From assembly GCA_951406725.2 (NCBI GenBank), contig OX597815.1:142538001-142602000 (forward strand): DNA of 64,000 nt. Reading direction: 5' to 3'. A program made the translations under genes and the position numbers. Below the pieces are notes generated by a model. The model was not told where the DNA came from and made no database searches. It saw only the letters and a list, made by a program, of their open reading frames with translations. Below, in pieces: positions 57,300 to 64,000 of this stretch. Positions within the stretch are counted from its first letter, which is position 1; each line of letters begins with the position of its first letter. The DNA is from Octopus vulgaris (lineage: Eukaryota).

Positions 57300-58060
57300 A
57301 TAGAAGTTTACTCAAAGTAGCCGCCCTTATTTTCAACTATGGCCTCAAGGTGGTTCTGGAACCTAGCGTATGAGTTCCTCACTGTTTCCTTGGTAATATC
57401 TTCGAATACATACCTGATCTTCACCACCAACTCGAGTTTGGTATTGCAGAGCGGTTGGTGTCACTCTCAACCGCGCAGCACACATAGTAACACAGAAAGT
57501 TACAATCGAGGGAATAAGGAAGCCAGAAATCAGGGCTGGTGAAGTCGCATAAATTATTCGACAACCACTACTGATTCTTTTCAAAGATATGGCAAGAAGT
57601 CAAATACTGCCGCCACACATATGGCTTTCTAGCTGCAATCTTCTCCAACCGGGGTGGCAGAGGATTATCCGCAGTGTCACCTAGCTTCATATAGCCATCT
57701 GAACTGAGCCTAAGGCCCTGTTCAAACATGTGGGACGGCATGGCGTTATACCCACTGGAGATACATACAAAGTCCTTCACATTTTGGGGGAATTTGGTTT
57801 TCATTTTATGTGAGATATCACATGGATTGTAAGAAGATCCCCTGTTGTTCTGGGTATTTTGCAACTGATGTCAGTATTTTCATACACCGTGTCAATCATC
57901 ATGATAGCGGTAATTCATTTCCAATCTTCAGATGACATCCAGTCCTTCAATTCAGCCAACTTTTTCTCAACTATAACTTTAATCTTTATGCTCTCCAACG
58001 CTGTTCTCGAAAAAAGGAGACATATAAATAATCTTCAGATTTAGCCCCAAAAAACGTGTA
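57300..58060 (-). mobile_element. Tc1/mariner (maT/DD37D-like) transposase relic
   Basis: TKFPQNV..FVCISSG..MPSHMFEQGLRL..DGY..RLEKIAARKPYVWRQ..SCH...WLSNN..DFTSPDFWLPYSLDCN. Confidence 0.82.
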
Positions 58061-59785
58061 TTTCAATTCTTGCTGGTTACTATTATATCATTGATTATCC
58101 AGCCACTGCATTTCCGCTTTTCCACACACACTTGATGTAGGTGATATATGTTTGTTGAGCGTTATCCTCTCATTTCTTACTCCGAATATTTTTCTGCTAC
58201 CACCGAGAACTGCACCTACATTCGGTTTCACCCGGGATCACGCTCACGGCTTGCACGCTCGCTGCGGTAACCTAATTTCTTATTTCTCTGCTTGAAAGAT
58301 TTCATGAATCACCAATGATTTTCACTTTCAATTTGGTAGCGGTTGCATAAACGTTTTCTATACTATTTGTAGTTTTATGTATTTCGTGTATTTCCTCTTC
58401 CTTGTGTAAATATTACTACAGGATTTCTGTTTATACATTACATTTCTGTTTTGTGTCCTATCAGTTTTGAAAATTATTTATGTAACTGTTTTCGTCTGTT
58501 AGTCTTTCATTGTACGAAGTTTACTTTGTAGTTTGATTATCAATGTATTCTGGATAGCATTGATTTCTATTCCAGGATTTATACGAGTAGGTTCTATGCA
58601 GTCCTTTTTTTTTAAATATAAGGCTTCATGGATTAAAATGAAACAATTTATTACGAACCTTCATCATAGACTTCACTCTCACAAACATACACACATACAC
58701 GCGCATCCATGTGTGTTGGTTTCTAAATTATCCTTTGTAATATTTATTTCAAAGTTAAATGTCTAGAATGTAATTTAGCACGCACATACACCCATATTTA
58801 GAACTATATATACAACATATTAATTCATATAAACAAAAAAAAATAGGTATTTTTTAGGTTTTCCTATTTTCATTGTACTTAACACATAAAGCTGAATACT
58901 AAAGAATTCTATTGGACACAATACCTTTAAGATAAAATCTTAATCGCATATGTTGTTTTTGCGTTGTTTATTGCTTTTTCTTTCTGCTTTCTTAGAAAGA
59001 TTCTAACCCTTTATCTTCTTCATAAGCAGGTAAACAGACTGTGATTTATGAAATCTGTGTGCATCAGCTACAGAATACAAGATATGAAAGCTATGCTCTA
59101 TTATGAACCACACTTAAATTTGCATGGTTTCATTAATTGTTTCACCACAAGTGCTCTCCACCACTGATGAGAAGAGCCATTCAGTTACCTACGTTAAAGA
59201 AGTGTTTTCACCAGAAAGCAAATTTCTTGGGTAATCACATACAATACTTTCAAGGATATAAATGTCTCCATCTGGACGCTGCTCCTAACCAAAATGGAAT
59301 ATAGTGCGATTATATTTTCGTTCTATATGCGTTACAATTTTATGTTGTTTTTTGGGGGGGAACAGGTAAGACTCACTGATCCCCATTGATGGATTCCTCC
59401 GTAGTTCAGTGTTCATAAAGTGAACGTTTGATTGCCGGGTGGCGATTAGGTTGTTACAGATTACTACGGTGAGTGAAAGATTACGTATTTGTGAAAGATT
59501 ACGTATTCATGAGTATAGTAGAAATTAAGTCATTAATGTATAGAAGGAAGACAAGATGGAACAATAACAAAGCAGGTAGCGCTATGGAAAAAAGAAAAGA
59601 AGGGGAAGAAAGCAATCTAACAACACACTTCACAATAGAACGTCCTGCAAAAAACACTACAGTTATTGCCTTGGTCGTTGCTCTTGCTATATTTCGGTTA
59701 CTGAGTAGCCCCAACTCGACGTTCATGTGGTAGTGCATGGAGAAATACATACACGCACACAAATTTACACACACACACATGTATA

Positions 59786-59850
<65 letters not shown>

Positions 59851-60013
59851 ATATATACATTCACACACACACACACATATATATATAGACATATATATGT
59901 CTATATATATATGCATATACATAAGTGTTTGTATGCGTGTATGTATGTAGAGTGTTTGAAGTGGTGTACACATATAGCATATTGAGAAAAAGGAGGCCGT
60001 CAGAATTTTGGAT

Positions 60014-60066
60014 AATTCTTTATTAGCGCTTTCGTTCGTTTAACCGAACTCTTCCAGATAAAAATT
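60014..60066 (-). ncRNA. minimal type I hammerhead, near-intact (1-nt insertion in core)
   Basis: Minus: AATTTTTAT-CTGGAAGA-GTTCG gttaaa CGAAC-GAAA-GCGC-TA-ATAAAGAATT. Confidence 0.72.
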
Positions 60067-60193
60067 AAAACCAAAACGATAAAAACAGAACGTTTCTTCA
60101 TATTTTGTTTGGATCAAAACTTTTTTGCTTTTTGTTTGGCTTAAAAGAGGAAAAATTTTCGTCACATACACACGCAAACACAAACACACCCAT

Positions 60194-60291
<98 letters not shown>

Positions 60292-60309
60292 TGATAGATA
60301 GATAGATAG

Positions 60310-60575
60310 ATCATCATCATCATTGTTCGACCGTGGTCGAGACTTTCATAGTCTTTTCAAATGGCTAATAATGTGTGCGCGCGCCACTACTACACACATT
60401 GGAAAGCATTGTACAACCAAGTACTAAAGAAGATCTTTCCTCCTCCATGAAACAAAGCTGTTCCCGCTGGACGTCAACCCAGTATTTCTAAGCTACGGAC
60501 CCAGTGATTTATTGTAAGGTTATCTCCCTAGATAGATTGCCTTCACTACGGCTAAGGAGCCCTTTCTACCCCATA
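60310..60575 (-). mobile_element. possible RTE-related non-autonomous element with (GAT)n tail, within (GATA)n
   Basis: Minus 5' part gggctccttagcc..ggcaatctatctagggg resembles RTE 5'UTR motifs (from recollection); ends in GATGATGAT. Confidence 0.4.
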
Positions 60576-60664
60576 TAGATAGATAGAGACATAGATAGAC
60601 AGATAGATACATAGATACATACATACATACATACATACATACATACATACATACATACATACAT

Positions 60665-63430
60665 AGTTGCAAAATTAAGATTAGTTATTATATCACAAAC
60701 ATTTTAACTAACCTAAATTTAGGTTATCCCTAAACTCACTGCTTGGCATAAATATTTCATATACATATATGCTGTAAAATAATTCCGACCATCCCTCAAG
60801 TGACTAAGTGTGGACTGTCTCATTGTTATACAGTGAAGAACTGTGAGCGATTTGTTGTTCGGCTTCATAAGCAGTTCACTGTGAGCCGTTGATATAGAAC
60901 TTGAGTCTCGTGTAATAGTAATAGCAGTGCGTCGTGTAAATATTTCTTCCTCCACCCACATGTTTCGTTATATTATATATTCAACATACAATGGTAGAAA
61001 AGTGGCGGCGAGTTGTTCGAAGCTTGCGGTGGACGTCTTTTTTTCCTCTTGGTATGAAACCAAAGAAGAAAAAAATCCCGTAATACATAGAACTTTTTGG
61101 CCTCCGTGGTGCAGTTGCAACAACAACAGCAATTACAGCAGCATCAACTGCAGTTACAACAGCAATTACAGCAGCAGCAACAACAAAACCTATAGTTGCT
61201 GAATTAAAGTTGAAGAAGTCTGAAAATATTTCAGATTCGTACTCACTAGGCAGCGTAGCAAATTCAGTTGAAGAATTCAACGTTAATCTAGAAGTAGGCA
61301 TTATCCTCTCTGCATATTTTTCGTAGATACAAAGAAACCTTCAAAGAAGAGTGTAAAAGCTGGTCACATGAGAGAAACGCATGTCTGCCCAATCAAACAC
61401 GAAAAATATACTAATTATAATCTTTTCTACTCTAGGCACAAGGCCCGAAATTTTGAGGGAGGGGCGGTCGATTAGATCGATTCGAGTACGCAAAAGGATG
61501 AAAGGCAAAGTCAACCTAGGCGGAATATTCTAATTATATTCTCCTGAAGAACCCAAGTGAGATATATTTGGATGAAACAATATTTTATCGAACATTTTTA
61601 GTGAAAAGACGTTCTTTGTTCAATACTCGCAGGCAATGTTTAAATTTGTTCAAAATGATGAATATTTCGTCACCTATGCCAGAGTGTTTAACAGAGAGTT
61701 TGAGAAATTCAACTCCAATGAGCTGACACCGGATATTTTCAAGTGTTTAATTTTTGTTCAAGGGCTTACTTCAAACAACGATACAGGTATACGATCTCGG
61801 ATATTAACGAAATTAGAACGGGACTAAAATTTAACTCTGCAGGCAGTAGCAGAAAAATGTCAGAGGATTATAAATCTGCGACATATCCCAGATAAATGTG
61901 AAGAAAAAGATTGCTTTCAGGTTCAAGGATCGAAAATGAATAAAAACAAGAAAAATATGAAGACCGAATCTATGTTATGGGTGCGGTGGTTTCCTTTTTA
62001 AAAATAAGTGACCATTTAAAAATATGGGTTACTTTAAGTGTGGTGAAATAGGCCATAAAAGATCGCGCTGTAGGACAGAGCCTAAATAACGTCTCAACAG
62101 AAAGAATCACGTAAACATGTTAACACTGATAAAAACATAAGAACGTACTTCGAAGGAAATTTGTGTACGTAAGAATTAATAACACAAGCGTAAAGTTACA
62201 GTTGGATACAGGCAGGCAGTGATATCTCAATAATTAACGCAAGGTGGAAAAAATCGGGAGACCTAAATTAAATGAATATTAAAAAATTGCCCATAGTGTT
62301 CCAAAAAAATAACCTATTTTAAGTTGATATTTTAAGATGATATATAACATTACATTTCGTGAAGAAAAAACTTTAAGAGCTAAAGATTTTGTGTTAGATG
62401 ATACTACAAAGTAATTCGGTACAAACTGGATGAAATTATTTAACCTATAGAACTTTCCCTTGGATCTTTTCTGTAAAAATGTGAATGTTTTTTTTTTTCT
62501 CCAGTACAAATAAGTGGTCAGACGAACTGGAAAAGAATTAAACAATATTTATTCTGATGTTCTGTCTGATAAATTAGGTCTGTGCACCAAAACGAAGGCA
62601 CAAATAAAAGAAAACTCCACACCGGCATTTAAACAAAAAGGAACTGTGCCGTTCGCAGTGTTAGAACAAATAAACTAAGAGTTTGGGAGAGACCAGGCAA
62701 ATTGGAGTTACCTAAAAAGTTGAATATAGTCAATGGTCATCACCAAGTGTGTACGTTAAGCAAAAGAATAATAAAATCAGAATGTACGCTGATTTTCCCA
62801 CTGGTTTAAACGAATTTCTGTAAACGTGTCACTATTAGCTACCTACTATGGAGCATGCTTTGCGAAATTAAAAGGTGGCAAGATACTTTCAAATTGGATC
62901 TCTCTGACGCGTACCTACAAATTACAGTAGACGATAAATGTTTTAAATACCTAACAATTAACATACATAAAGGACAGTATAAATACGAAAGTTTGCCATT
63001 CGGTTTAAAAGTCGCTCCAGCAGAAAACGATAAATTCAATAGAAAGATATAAGAAATGCTGAAGGTTAAAAGAGATAAAAGTATGCGCAAACAAATGCGA
63101 ACCGTTTCTCAATTTGTGACAATGTATTGATGCATGCAGAAAGAGTCTTAGTTCCAGCCGCACTATAGAAGCAATTATTAAAGGAATTTCATATTGGTCT
63201 CTCAGGGATTTCGAGAATAAAATCGTTAACGACATGTTATGTATACTGGCCAACAATGGACAGTGAAGAATCGGTGAAAGCATGCCTTAGCTGCAACAGC
63301 GCCTGCCGCTAAATGGCAACCGTGGCTAAAAATAGATGATGCAAGGTCCACAATGCATGTTCATTAAGCAGGTCCACTTAAGGGTACATATTACCTTGTT
63401 GTGGTGGACAATTTTTATTGTTACTTTCTA
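60665..63430 (+). mobile_element. Gypsy LTR retrotransposon (Mag/K02A2.6-like), decayed and internally deleted, with 5' LTR and PBS
   Basis: Putative LTR at about 60665-60986 ending CAACA; PBS-like TGGCGGCGAG at 61003-61012. Gag FKCLIFVQGL..IRSRILTKLE..LTLQAVAE and zinc-knuckle remnants; protease LQLDTG; RT KLDLSDAYLQI..TINIHKGQYKYESLPFGLKVAPA; integrase start WQPW..AGPLKGTYYLVVVD. Confidence 0.9.
61420..61525 (-). mobile_element. 5'-truncated SINE family A (tail A) inserted into Gypsy gag
   Basis: ttttctactctaggcacaaggcccgaaatttt...aaggatgaaaggcaaagtcaacc; TSD-like aatatactaattata (61405-61419) and aatattctaattata (61524-61538). Confidence 0.85.
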
Positions 63431-63528
63431 CCCTTAGCGATACCAGTGGTTCATTACATTTTCAAAGCTTCAAAAACAAACTTATGTTTGTTTACTTATG
63501 AGCTAATATATCTGTATCTATCTATCTA

Positions 63529-63529
<1 letters not shown>

Positions 63530-63572
<43 letters not shown>

Positions 63573-64000
63573 TCAACTTGTGTGTCTGTGTGTGTATCTG
63601 TGTGTTTAACTTCCCGGCACATTTCCTCCTAGCCAACAAATCGTAAAACCACCAAAAATGGGTCACTTAAAGTTTAGGCGAATGAAAATTGAACTGCGCT
63701 ATTTTTGTTCCGAAATTCACCACGCGTGCAAGCATGCGTAAATTGCATAAAATATAAAAAATCAATATATAAAAACGAATCGCCGTAAACATTGTAGAAA
63801 TTCGGCAAAGAAATGAATTTTCGGGATGTAGCATGGAGGGTTTTTTCGTATTAATCGTTTGGACTTTGTGAACACATACCAATTGTTTTCATAACATTTT
63901 TAACGCTTTAAATTAAATGTGACCATTTTGCGTTGAGTCTGCAGTTTGAATCACTTTAACCAAATTTTAGCAGCCCGGATTTTTGATCATCACGATACAT
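63530..64000 (+). mobile_element. possible non-autonomous Helitron 5' part
   Basis: TC(TA)nTAAAA followed by tgtgtgtctgtg is a common Helitron start pattern; the 3' hairpin and CTAG end are not in the window. Confidence 0.35.

Noticed and set aside
59164-59200. CTGATGA as a hammerhead core
   Set aside because: No stem II, GAAA or stem I pairing
61110-61190. PolyQ (CAG/CAA) tract as a host gene
   Set aside because: It lies just after the PBS and belongs to the Gypsy gag N-terminus

Overview
AT-rich eukaryotic, non-genic DNA (intronic or intergenic). The microsatellite load and SINE families suggest an octopus or other coleoid cephalopod; this is an inference. No intact protein-coding gene is present, and nearly all ORF-track entries are microsatellite artefacts or transposon relics. 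Decayed elements I can recognise: a piggyBac 3' end, a mariner, a near-full-length Buster/Charlie hAT with an 8-bp TSD, two Tc1/maT-like fragments, a Tx1/L1 3' end, three R4/Dong and one HERO-like endonuclease fragments, an RTE LINE, a Mag-like Gypsy with 5' LTR and PBS, a possible Helitron start, and about 25 copies of three tRNA-derived SINE families. The most notable signal is about 12 type I hammerhead-ribozyme-like motifs (CUGANGA / stem II / GAAA / short palindromic stem III / UH). One has a fully canonical core (42094-42162, minus strand) and two are near-intact (6286-6359 plus; 60014-60066 minus). Most sit in short non-coding cassettes flanked by (TA)n, several next to palindromic or fold-back junctions, which fits a diverse set of non-autonomous Penelope-like or retrozyme-like elements. 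A candidate signal-peptide first exon of a minus-strand host gene lies at 52120-52235. All calls were made by eye and coordinates of degraded elements are approximate.
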